A DNA stretch of 43,797 nucleotides from Octopus bimaculoides (taxonomy: Eukaryota): assembly GCF_001194135.2 (NCBI RefSeq), contig NC_069000.1, positions 24,869,300 through 24,913,096 on the forward strand. The letters run 5' to 3'. The position numbers were made by a program, and so were the translations under genes. Positions within the stretch are counted from its first letter, which is position 1. Each line of letters begins with the position of its first letter. Under the pieces are notes generated by a model. The model ran no database searches and was not told the DNA's origin. It worked only from the letters and a program-made list of their open reading frames with translations. Positions 1 through 10,890 of this stretch are shown piece by piece.

Positions 1-227
1 GGTGGCACATAAAAGACACCATTTCGAGCGTGGCCGTTTTCGTGCGGGTGACACGTAAAAGCACCCACTACACTCTCTGAGTGGTTGGCGTTAGGAAGGG
101 CATCCAGCTGTAGAAACTCTGCCAAATTAGATTGGAGCCTGGTGTTGCCATCCGGTTTCACCAGTCCTCAGTCAAATCGTCCAACCCATGCTAGCATGGA
201 AAGCGGACGTTAAACGATGATGATGAT
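1..227 (+). mobile_element. 3' terminus (3'UTR) of an RTE-clade LINE ending in a (GAT)n tail
   Basis: gagtggttggcgttaggaagggcatccagc...ccaacccatgctagcatggaaa...taaacgatgatgatgat closely matches the ends of the RT-bearing RTE copies at about 9848-10008 and 13360-13485. Confidence 0.8.
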
Positions 228-455
228 TTCTATATTTACTATCTTGAATTTAATCAATCTAGTTATGATAATTTTTCACTCTTCCGTTTCTATTAGTTTT
301 TATTCTTGTTATTTTTTTAAAAGATAATCCTGAGGAAGGTGGGTTTTTCAACAGTTTGAAACTCTGGAGTTCTTGCTGCAACACCTACCATAAATAGAAC
401 TTTGTTATATTATCAATATTCTCAGGTATTAGTATATAAGAAATATATGCATATT

Positions 456-461
456 TTTATT
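456..461 (-). promoter_or_regulatory. Candidate polyadenylation signal (AATAAA) of the SLC7-like gene
   Basis: AATAAA on the minus strand about 300 nt after the stop codon at 759-761; a second one lies at 299-304. Common hexamer in AT-rich DNA, no transcript support. Confidence 0.3.
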
Positions 462-758
462 CAGATAGTGGAGAATCAGCTTGTCTGTTGTGTATCATAT
501 TTACAATCAGCTATTGATACTTAGGAGTATATCCATAATTGTTTGGCTTGTCTGATGTCACACAAAATAGATATGAGCTGATTCCTCATAATTTCAACAC
601 ACCCATATCCTGTACTAGCAATGATTAACAACCTACTTTGTTGAGGTTTGTGAAACATGATATTGCAGGCCATATATAATATGTGTGTCTGGCATGCATG
701 ATTTGTACTATACAAGTGGTTTTCGCTTCTTGTTGAGATCCTTTTTTTTTTCTCTTTC

Positions 759-811
759 TTATGCTGCAACTCTCATGTTGAATAATTTTTGGAGTATAAT
801 ACTTGATTTGT
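759..811 (-). CDS. SLC7/LAT-like transporter, last coding exon (SLC7A5 exon 10 equivalent)
   Basis: Acceptor ttgtttctatattccag; phase 1 matches the previous exon; reads (N)KSSIILQKLFNMRVAA*, resembling the LAT C-terminus (STTVLCQKLMQVV). Confidence 0.75.
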
Positions 812-1284
812 CTGGAATATAGAAACAAGTCAAAATAAGGAATAATTGAGTAACAACAACAATAAACTACACTGTCTATAGGAAGGTTTACTGCAGTACT
901 ATCAATTATTAGAAATACAAAGATTATTGCTATTAAAAATATAATTACCTTCTCTCACCATTGACTAGCTCTGTCTCTTTTAATATTTATTACTCTTACA
1001 CACACTCTTGCCAACTTCACCCATCTGTCTGGATTCTTATGTCATCACTCTTGCTTCTATTCATTTCGAACAATATAGTTAGTGCTTGAACACATTGTTG
1101 GGAAGTGAAAACTGTCTAGCCCTGATAGATTGCAACCTCACCTAAGCCAGTGCCATGATAAAGTTCATCCAATGCACTCTATAATATTGGCAATTGAACA
1201 GAAATAATGCAACTTTAGTCTTGTTGAGGACATGATGTCTTTAGTACTGGTGTTACAATAAAATATACCCAGTACACTATAAAA

Positions 1285-1465
1285 TGATTAGTAATAGGGA
1301 CGGCATCTAACTATAGAAACTCTGCTAGAAATTGAATGAATGAGTGAGATATACTCCTGCATGTCTAAGAGGGCAGTAGTTCTGAATAACAACTGACTCA
1401 GATTATGACAACCTGTCTAACCCATGCCAACATGGAAAGCAGATATAAAATGTTAGTAATGATGT
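1285..1465 (+). mobile_element. Decayed RTE-type 3' tail remnant
   Basis: ggcatctaactatagaaactctg...aacccatgccaacatggaaagcagatataaaatg resembles the tail at 80-227. Confidence 0.55.
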
Positions 1466-1720
1466 TGAGGACTGTTGTGGTTTCTTGATACTGCCAGGTG
1501 TTATCTTTAGATTTGCTGGGGAAATCAGTCATAGTAATTATAGTTTGTTTAACCCTAGGTTAGCCCTGACTGGAGATATTCTAACATTGATCATCTGGTC
1601 CAGTTCTTTCTTTTCTTCCAAGCATATTATATGTAAGACTACATTATCCAGTGTTTCCTATTTTTTAAATTAAAACTTTATTTTGTGATTTGATAGAAGC
1701 TCTCATTGAATCAAGTGGAA

Positions 1721-3563
1721 GGGTGCTATGTCTTTTCATCCAGTGTCACTTTGTCCACGACTTTTCGTCTGTCGTCTTTTTGTCCACTTTTAAATAAACT
1801 CTTTAGAAAACAAGGTGAAATATCTCTAATGATATATTCACAGAACTATAACGAGCCTTGTTATAGGATTGTTATTATCATTCTTTTTCCTTCTCTGTTA
1901 ACAGTTTTACTTCTTCTTTTCCCTTCTCTGTGTATAGAGAGTGCTGCAAATTTAGTGTACACATTTTTAATTTACCCATCTCAAAACGACAAAATTCATA
2001 GTATCGACCAAAAACAAAAGAAAAGTAGTTCATGAAAGTAATTACATCTACGATTTCCATTCAAGCAATACAAAATTAGGAAAAGAATACTGGAGATGTG
2101 AGAAAGGAAGACTATGTTCAGTGCGAATTCACACTGTAATGGAAAACAATAAGCCAAAAATTATTTATTTTTCAAGTGAGCACCTTCATCCAGCTGATGT
2201 AGATTTGTTAAATGCTAGAAAAGCAGTTGCAGAAATCAAGCATGAAGTGGCAGAAAACATAGCAGCAAGTTCACAAAGCATAACAGCAGCTAACAGAAAA
2301 TACTTGCTCACAACTTCATTTGCCTGTACTTTCTAGGATTATTCAAAGGTGCCGACAAAAGAAATTCTGGATTCCCTGCTAATCCAGGGGCTAGAACTGG
2401 TTTTGAAACATCTGAAGAATATTGTAAACTTGATAATGGCAAACAGTTTCTGAGATACGATTCGGGTATAGAGGATTAACTATGCATATACTAGCATTTG
2501 CATCAGAAAGTGCTCTTCAGGATATAGCATTATATCGTCGTGTGATGGAACGTTCAAAATTGTGCCAGAACAGTGGTTTCAACTGTTTAGCATTCATGTA
2601 CAAGTTGAAAGTAGTAGTTTTCCACAGGTCTTTGCATTACTGCCGAATAAAGCAAAGCAGATATATGAATTATTTTTCAAGCTATTGAAAATTATGCAAC
2701 CTAATGCATATCTGCTTGATCTCATGGCAGATTTCGAAGTTGCAGTTCATAAGGCATCTAATTCATCGTTCCCTAATTCATCTATTGTAGCATGTTTCAT
2801 TTGAGGCAATCAGTATTTTGAAAAATTACAGATTTAGGCCTCAAAGAAAAATACAATAAAGACTGAATTCTGTCTTAAAATTCGATATTTTTCAGCATTA
2901 GCCTTCCTACTCGTCGAAGAGGTTTATGAAGAATTAATAGATGATTAAGAAAACCTACTGAATTCATTGCTTACTTCGACTTGTCCTACATAGGCCTTGT
3001 GAGAGGATGTGGTACTAGACGAAGGAGAGAACCACCTACATTCCCAATTGCTGTATGGAATGTTAATCAGCGTATTCTTCAAGATCTTCCCAGAACAAAT
3101 AATGTTGCAGAGAGGTTTCATTCTGCGATAAAGCGTTTGGCAGGTGGAGCACATTTGCATATTTGGTAAATTAATCAAAACTCTGAAGGAAGAGGAAGGG
3201 TTTGTTCTTGGTAAAATGACTCAAATTCTTTGAGGAGATCCATCGAATTCATGAACACGGTATCGAAGAATAGATGAATGCCTCAAAAGATTGTTCACTG
3301 AATATGGGTCAACAAGAAAAATTGATTTTTTTTGAAGCGTGTAGCATATAATTTGCGTCAATTTTAAGTGATCATAATAAATCATTAGTTATATCTTATT
3401 GCTTTTTTAAAATGACTTTTTTTTAAATAAATTTTTCCACAGTNNNNNNNNNNNNNNNNNNNNNNNNNNNNNNNNNNNNNNNNNNAAAAAAATAATCAGA
3501 CACAAAGACGTGGACAAAGTGACAGCGGTCGAAAAGTTGGGTCACAATCTGGAAGATGCCCCT
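1721..3563 (+). mobile_element. Decayed Mutator-like (MULE) DNA transposon with FLYWCH domain and terminal inverted repeats
   Basis: YWRCEKGRLCSVRIHT...HLH (FLYWCH, about 2085-2190); CDGTFKIVP (about 2541); MADFEVAV; ACF(F)H; RTNNVAERFH. Frameshifts and stops present. Perfect 16-bp inverted match tgtcactttgtccacg (1744-1759) / cgtggacaaagtgaca (3509-3524). Confidence 0.85.
3444..3485. other. Assembly gap (N run)
   Basis: Run of n. Confidence 1.
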
Positions 3564-3795
3564 GCTATTTTTCTTTTTTTTTTAATAATCATATAGATAT
3601 CTATTATCAATTAGAAATGTAAGATGTGATCCATAATGTTTTTGCTGTAGACACAATCAATGTGGTTCAATGTTTGAAAATCTAGAGAAAAGACTTTTTT
3701 TTTCAATATCACTATTGATATGCAAGAATACAAAAAAAAAAAAACAAATAGAATCTATCATGTGCAATAACTGAAAAACTTCATGGTTTTCTTAC

Positions 3796-3973
3796 TGAGA
3801 AATTCTTGGAAATTCTTGGGTTTTTTCTTCCAGGAGATACAAATCCAATAAACTGGTATTGCTGCCAGCAGAAGGGATACTGATAGTGCTACACTATTTC
3901 GATTGGAATATATTGCAGCTGTCATGACGAAGATGTTGAAGATAAGTTGAAAAATAGGAATAGAAATATTCAC
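3796..3973 (-). CDS. SLC7/LAT-like transporter exon (exon 9 equivalent, TM11-TM12), 178 nt
   Basis: ttttccttttag|GTG...CTC A|gtaag; VNISIPIFQLIFNIFVMTAAIYSNRNSVALSVSLLLAAIPVYWICISWKKKPKNFQEFL aligns without gaps to LAT1 VNLALP...LPVYFFGVWWKNKPKWLLQGI. Confidence 0.93.
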
Positions 3974-6214
3974 CTAAAAGGAAAAGAATAGGTAACATAA
4001 TTAGATGATGAGGTGTTAGCTTTGATTGTGATTGCTTTGTCTGGTAGGGAAATGAAGTTAAACATAGCCTGATTAATACTTAGAGAACTATTCAAAGGAT
4101 GTGTGTTTAAACAGTTTTCACAGTTTCTTCTTTATGGGGTTACTTTATCATTTGTAAATGCTTTTAAATGTTGATATTGGTTAGATGGGATTATTGAAGC
4201 TTATTCTATGGGTGGCTGCCTTTCTTGTTGCTAACCCTTTCTTGTGTCTTAAGTAAGGTATCTTTATTTCACTTATATTCACACACCAAAACTGCTTAGT
4301 GGTATTTACAGAAGTAAAAAATATGACCAAGCAGTGTCATGTAAAGAAACAGTAATAAACATCTATGCTCATGCATACACACACACGCACACAAAACAGT
4401 CTTCAGTACAATTTCCATTTACCAGTTTAACTCTAGACATTTGTCAGTCCCAGAACAAAACACTTGTCCAAGATGCTGCCTAAGTACAGCGGAATGAATG
4501 TGAAACCATGTAGTTTCAGAACAAACTTTGTTACTTACTTTCATGTCTGCACCTATCATTACCTTGCAGGCATTGAAGAAAATAAATCCCTGCTATATTA
4601 ACATAAATGGAAACACCTAATGTACATGTATCATTGATTGAAGAAACTGAATTGATATGTCACCTATGTTAGCAAAGTTATCAAATTCAAATAGAAGGTG
4701 TAATGATGGTAATAAGTGTTGTTATTTCTACTGATGGTGAATGAAGGTTTTTATTGAGATTTTGTGATTATATAGCCCCAAGGTTAGCTTTGTTTGAGCT
4801 GTTCTATGATATGCAGGTAGTTGGCTGAACAACTAGGTACAATTCACAGATCTATCTTTCCATGTCTTTGCATAGCTTAGGACAGCAGATTTTAGCTGTT
4901 TGCTTATAATTAGCAATCAAATCTTTAAACAACTTTTTTCTTAAAATAAATACGCAGGCTAAAGTGAACTTGGATATGCCAGAATAGCTGATAGGATGGT
5001 CATGTTAGAAATATTAACTGAAGAACATAAGCTTGTTACATACAATTAAGAGTAAAGTATCTATGTGTGATGTTAGATGCTGAAAAGTTTGCTTCACAGT
5101 CACAATATCCCAGGTTCAACTTCACAGCATGTTATCTTGGGCAAGTATCAGCTTTGGGTCAATCCAAGCTTCCTGAGAGAAAATGATTTGAAAGAATTGT
5201 TGAAAGCCTGCTGGATGAATTTTACCCGTAAATGATGCAGGTTGTGTCATTTCCCTAAGAGTTATGTAAAGGCTACAAGTGTCCACACAATACTTAACTA
5301 TTTGTTTGTTAAGTCAACGAATAGACATCAAACGAAAACTCTTCAATGGAAATTCTAACCAAAATCTTTTTTGTCTGTGTTTAGTGTATTGTAAGAACTT
5401 TGTCCTATATGAAAGATATTGCTCTTATGAATTTATGCAGAACAAACTATGCTGGATTGAAATATTCTCTGGAATCCAACTTTGGTGATGCAGTTATGTC
5501 TATCATGCAAATTTATTGGAATGATAATCTTGCAATTTTGAGGAACTGGAGTTTTCATGCAAAGCTAAAAGGAATGCAAGATTATATAGTCTGTTATCTT
5601 GTGATATGTGTTTTAGTTCTGTCAAATTTGACAAGAGTTTTACAGGTCCTTATAAGAAGCAAAAGAAAAAAAAATAATTATTCATGAAGCATGTACAGTT
5701 ATGTGCAAGATTTTAGATAGCATGTGAGCATAAATTGAGGTTAAAGTGTTAACTGATATCGTTGGTATATTAAATATTAATCAGATGTTAGAAATCACAA
5801 GTCAGCCATCATAGTTTCACATGGTTGATCTATAAATCAACATGAAGCTGTGGTGTGATATGCCCCCTTGGATGATGAGTAAGGTAGTCCAACTTCAGCA
5901 CTCACAGCAGGCAGGCATTCAGACAGATCATCTCAAGCAAGAAACGACTTTGGACACATGTTGTACCACAATTAGCCTTCTACAAGACTCAGTGTAGTTC
6001 TCTCCTCCCAATCAGTACATAAATTATCAGCATCTTTTGTAAAAGTCAATGCAGTAAATCATGTCTGGCAATAAATAAGTTAAAAGTTTGGGCATTGCTT
6101 CATTTATACACACAATCAGCTAAACCTCACAACGATGGTCTTCATCAATATAACAAGCCACCATGACAGTGAACAAGCATCCTTGTAACAATATCTTTAG
6201 CTTAGTTTGGGAGT

Positions 6215-6520
6215 AAGGCAACTTGAGTGTTGTATAGTAAATAGTGACCTCTTTCTGAGTTCAAATCCTGTCACTATTGATTTTTGCTTTTCAGTAATAT
6301 ACCTGAGTCAGTGCAAATAATTTTAAGATTGGCTTTTGTACATAAATTATTTATTCAATGTTCCATGAAATATATCTGGTCATGAGAAAATATTGCATTG
6401 CTTGAAAACAGGTGTGGGTTGGTGATAGGAAGGGTATCCAGCCATAGAAATCTGCCTCAAAAAATCCTGTCTGAACCATGCAAATATTGAAAAATGGACA
6501 TTAAAACAATGATGATGTTT
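6215..6520 (+). mobile_element. Decayed tRNA-derived SINE carrying an RTE-type 3' tail
   Basis: B-box-like ctgagttcaaatcc near 6257, then ggtgataggaagggtatccagccatagaaa...catgcaaatattgaaaaatggacattaaaacaatgatgatg. Confidence 0.55.
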
Positions 6521-7006
6521 TAACCGGTGTATTCTATAATCGTCTTCAGGTGTTTTTTTTTTTTGTGTTTTTCATTTTGTTGGTTTGACAATTTAACATC
6601 TGCTATTACAGGTCATTGTTACCACTGGTTGGTGTAAAGCTATTTATTTATTGATGTTGCCTACTACTACTACTACTAACCACAATGATTGTTCTCAATC
6701 TTAAGGTAATTTTGGTTAAAATTTCTTGGTTTATTACATCACTATGCTAATGCCTACTTTACAGTTAAGTTTTCTTGCAGCAGGCATCGTTGGGTAATTT
6801 TCTCCATTCTTTGAGAAGTTATAAGTTTTTGCTCTGGGACACAACACTGTGTATTTAGTCATAAGGCTTCATCTTCTGACCGTATGGTTCAGTTTTATGA
6901 CACATGCCATAGGGATGATATAACAATATGAAGCTTTTATGGCAATATTCTACATCTTTTTACAATGACAGGAGAAAACAAAAAGAAAAGGTCAGCTTAT
7001 TCTTAC

Positions 7007-7156
7007 CTTATATGGTCGCTTTACATCAGGCGCTTTCCACCTATAGTATAGATGACACAGATTGATGTTAATTGCAGAATATACAGTGAAAGTACCAAGG
7101 ATTTCCATGAAATGTTGGCTTTCTCCTGTGAACAGCATTACTAAAGCCCAAATACA
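7007..7156 (-). CDS. SLC7/LAT-like transporter exon (exon 8 equivalent, TM9-TM10), 150 nt
   Basis: ttgttttatttcag|TGT...AAG|gtaag; CIWALVMLFTGESQHFMEILGTFTVYSAININ LCHLYYRWKAPDVKRPYK (50 aa), ending in the LAT motif R..P...RP.K. Confidence 0.92.
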
Positions 7157-7894
7157 CTGAAATAAAACAATTTTTATTCATTATTTATTTGAATTTGTAA
7201 ACAACGATAGTATTGATATCTAACTTTTGGTACCATCAGCATAGAACCTTTTCAAGTCTTTTTGATCACTTGACAGTTTTTGCAAATAGAAAATGAGTTA
7301 TGAATAAATTTTGGCCAGTGGAATTTACAAATTATAAAAGAAAACGAGCTGAGGAAAATCAATCAATCAGTCAAATCATTTTTATGTCTGATTTCCATGC
7401 TGGTATGAGTTGGATGGATAATCTCTGAATCAATTATTTTTCAGAGTTACTTTCTTTCTAGATGAGTCAGAGTACCATGCCTTTCTTGCATGTTCCAATT
7501 TTGGTATGGTTCCTATGATTTAATGTCCTTTCTAACTCTAACCACATTGCAGAGTGAACAACTGGGTGGGTACATTGTATAATGGCACCAATACAAGAAC
7601 AGTTGTCATATCCTCAGTGAGACTAAGGAATCTTCTCTATCAACAGTGTTTTGTTTATTCACCAACCCCTTTACAGAGTGTCATGGTTCTATTAATTGTG
7701 GCACCAGCATTACAGAGATTTTGTCTACTGTAAGACTAAAAAGTTCATTCTTTGATGCTCCATTTGTTCAAAGCAAACAGGAAAGAGAAGGTGACGTGTG
7801 TTTGAATGAGTATGATGAAGACATACACACACACAGAAGTTTGGTAATACAAAATTCAATACAAAGTAGTGCCTACATACATTTCTTTATATAT

Positions 7895-8060
7895 TAGCTG
7901 TGAAGCTTGTGGCTCAGAGCTTGTTAAGTGGAATTGTTAGCATGCTGGGCAAAATGCTTTGTGGCAGTTTATCTGTTTTTATGTTCTGAGTTCAAATTCA
8001 GCTTTGCCTCTCATTCTTTCAGGGGTTGATAAAATAAGTACCGATTGAGCACTTTGAGAG
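7895..8060 (+). mobile_element. Decayed tRNA-derived SINE
   Basis: gttagcatgctgggcaaaatgctt...ttctgagttcaaattc...ctttgcctctcattctttcaggggttgataaaataagtacc, homologous to the copy at 18157. Confidence 0.65.
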
Positions 8061-8064
8061 ATTG

Positions 8065-8520
8065 GTACTTCTTTATGGAGCTGTCAGCATCCCATCCACA
8101 TCATATGAATAAACCAGTACAGTCTTCTGTCTTGCACACAGCTATTAAAATCACTAGCTCTCTGCTGAATATGTACACATACATTACACATCCAGCGGAG
8201 CATACTAACCTCATTCCTTTCTAACCTTCTTGCATGTCCTCTGCATTCAGGGCTTACATCTACTACCATGTAGAATTGCTGTCCATGTACATGCATCATA
8301 AATCTTCCTTTCACTCAGAGAGAGAAACCTTTTGAGGTCAACAGATGTAACAGCTCTCTGAATTTTCTCCATCTTATTCTTATTCCAGCTATCACACTCT
8401 CCGTGCATCCTTCCCTACTATTAATCTGGTTCCCTGGGTAGCAGAAATTACCTACTACCTCTAATGAGTTACCAGGGCATTTGAGAGAATCTAAAGTTTT
8501 CATGGATTCTGTGCATCTTC
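8065..8520 (-). mobile_element. RTE LINE fragment (end of RT), inverted relative to neighbouring copies
   Basis: LEVVGNFCYPG...GCTESVIAGIRIRWRKFRELL and RRLERNEVSMLRWMCNV on the minus strand. Confidence 0.85.
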
Positions 8521-8629
8521 CAAATACGAAAACTGTCTTCTCTGATTACGTTCCTATTAATTATATCTGTACTATTTCCACCTCCATCTTTTACATATAA
8601 AAATTTCATTTGTGCAGATTTCTAATCTT

Positions 8630-10005
8630 TTTCCAGCTATAAGCAAGGTTTAGAATTGAAGGGCCTTAGAGTCAATGTTGCAAGGACCAAAGTTCTCATA
8701 AGTAGGAAGGCGAACACATCACACACCCCTCCAGGTAGGTGGCCCTGCTTGATCTGTAGAAAAGGTGTAGGTAGAAACTCCATAAGATGTACGCAGTGTA
8801 AGCTATGGACACATAAGAGGTGCAGCAACATCAAAGGAAGATTAACTGGGAAGACAGCTTTCTTGTGCGGCAGATGCACTGGGGCAATAAACACAACAGA
8901 TGCTCAGAAAACAGATTCCATCACATGCCAGGGGGAGAAACTAGAAGTAGTTGATAGCTTCCACTACCTAGTTGACCAAGTCTGTAGTGGGTGTGGATGC
9001 TCAGAAAGTGTTACCACTAGAATAAGAATAGCCTGGGCAAAGTTCAGAAAGCCTCTATCCCTACTGGTGACAAAGAGCCTCTTGCTCAAAATGAAAAGTA
9101 GATTGTATGATGCATGTGTGTGAGCTGCCATGCTTCATGGCAGTGAAACATGGGCCGTGATTGCTGAAGACATGCGTAGGCTTGAAAGAAATGAAGCTAG
9201 CATGATCTGCTGGATGTGTAATGTCAGTGTGCACACATGACAGAGTGTAAGTGCCCTGAGAGAGATGTTGGACATAAGAAACATTGGATGTGGCGTTCGA
9301 GACAGACGTTTGCGTTTGCATGGTCATGTACTATGGATGGATGAGGAGAGCTGTGTGAAGAAGTGCCACTCCCAAACAGTGGAAAGAATCCAAGGTAGAG
9401 GGAGACCCAAGAAAACATGGGATGAGGTGGTGAAGCATGACCTTCAAACGTTGGGCCTCACAGAGGCAATGACAAAAGACCAAAACCTCTGGAGATATGC
9501 TGTGACTGAGAAGACCCGGCAAATAAAGTGAGTTCACGGCTGTAACCTACACCAGTGTCACATAACCAGCCCACTCAAAAGTACCTGGATTGTAGGGCGA
9601 TATGCCATGCTTGAGGAGACCTATTGAGTCAAGTACATCAAAACCAAAATCCAATAGAAATTATAGTTGTGATCCCCATGCCAGTGGCACATAAGAATCA
9701 TCATCTGAATGTGGCCGATGCTAGCGCTGCCTTGACTGGCTTCTGTGCTGGTGGCACGTAAAAAAGCACCAACTGATCGTGGTCATTGCCAGCCCCCTCT
9801 GGCCCCTGTGCCAGTGACATGTAAAAAACACCCCCTACACTCTTGGAGTGGTTGGCGTTAGGAAGGGCATCCAGCTATAGAAACACTGTTAGATCAGACT
9901 GGAACCTGGTGCAGCCTCCTGGCTTCCCAGACTCCAGTCGAACTGTCCAACCCATGCCAGCATGGAAAACGGATGTTAAATGATAATGATAATGATTATT
10001 GATGA

Positions 10006-10008
<3 letters not shown>
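8630..10008 (+). mobile_element. 5'-truncated RTE LINE with complete 3'UTR and (GAT)n tail
   Basis: GLRVNVARTKV; Cys-rich insert WPCLICRKGVGRNSIRCTQCKLWTHKRC; LEVVDSFHYL; RLRLHGHV; GRGRPKKTW; in-frame stops; tail at about 9980-10008. Confidence 0.92.
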
Positions 10009-10043
<35 letters not shown>

Positions 10044-10534
10044 GATTTACTTATTATGATGTAATATAACAGGTATGTACTATAAGTATTCAGTTTGGCT
10101 TACCATTAAAATTCTGGCTTGAACTGTTACTGAAAACAAGATGGTTTCGAAGCTGCCTATCAAAGCTCACCTTTTACCTTGGATTTTCCTTGATACTTCA
10201 ACAATGGAACTGCTAATGGATATTATTGTTTACTAAGGATTTAAGTAATTCTTTAACCATGAACTACCAAACAATATTATATTTCTTCTTTGGACACTCC
10301 TTAGTTATTCGATGAAATGATAACTACTAATATCCTTGTTAAGGATATTCTTTATTTTCCTCTCTCTAATGATGATGGAATAGTAAGCTTATGTGGAAAT
10401 CTTTACTCGATAACATATGCACCACATGCTTACCTATTCTAGAAACAGCTGTAAGAGATTTTACCTATTTACTATAATTACTAGACTAGTTCATGAAAGT
10501 TACAGTGAGTTATTATAGCTCAGTTGATTAAGAA

Positions 10535-10890
10535 TAGGATTAAACTAGATGAGATGCAATTTGGTTTTATATCTGGGAAGATGCCATCTTCCTAGTGAGA
10601 CATCTGCAGGGAAAGTATTTGGCCAAAAGTAAACCACTGTACATGGCCTTTGTCAACCTGGAGAAAGCTTTTGACAGTCACTCACTCTGTTATCTGGTGG
10701 TCTCTAAGGCAACTAGGAGTAGATGAGTGGCCTGTTAGAGCTGTACAAGCCATGTACAGCAGTGCTGTCAGTTGGGTGAGAGTCAGCCAGTGATGAATTT
10801 AGTGAACAAGTAGAAGCCCACCAGGGCTCAGTTCTCACTCCATTATTATTTATCACAGTCATCCAGGCCATAACAGAGGAATTCAAAATG
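10535..10890 (+). mobile_element. RTE RT central fragment
   Basis: LDEMQFGFISG, MAFVNLEKAFD, HQGSVLTPLLFITV; duplicates the region at about 11870-12240. Confidence 0.8.

Noticed and set aside
325-378. Hammerhead-like words ctgaggaag...gaaactctggagtt
   Set aside because: Stem II does not pair convincingly and stem I is mismatched; at most a decayed Penelope end.
1540-1660. Alternative last exon (aaaaaatag|GAAACACTGG...)
   Set aside because: Poor polypyrimidine tract; stops after four codons in the required phase; 759-811 fits the LAT C-terminus.
5279-5687. Plus-strand ORFs in intron 8
   Set aside because: Alternative starts, no motifs and no coherent splice pattern.
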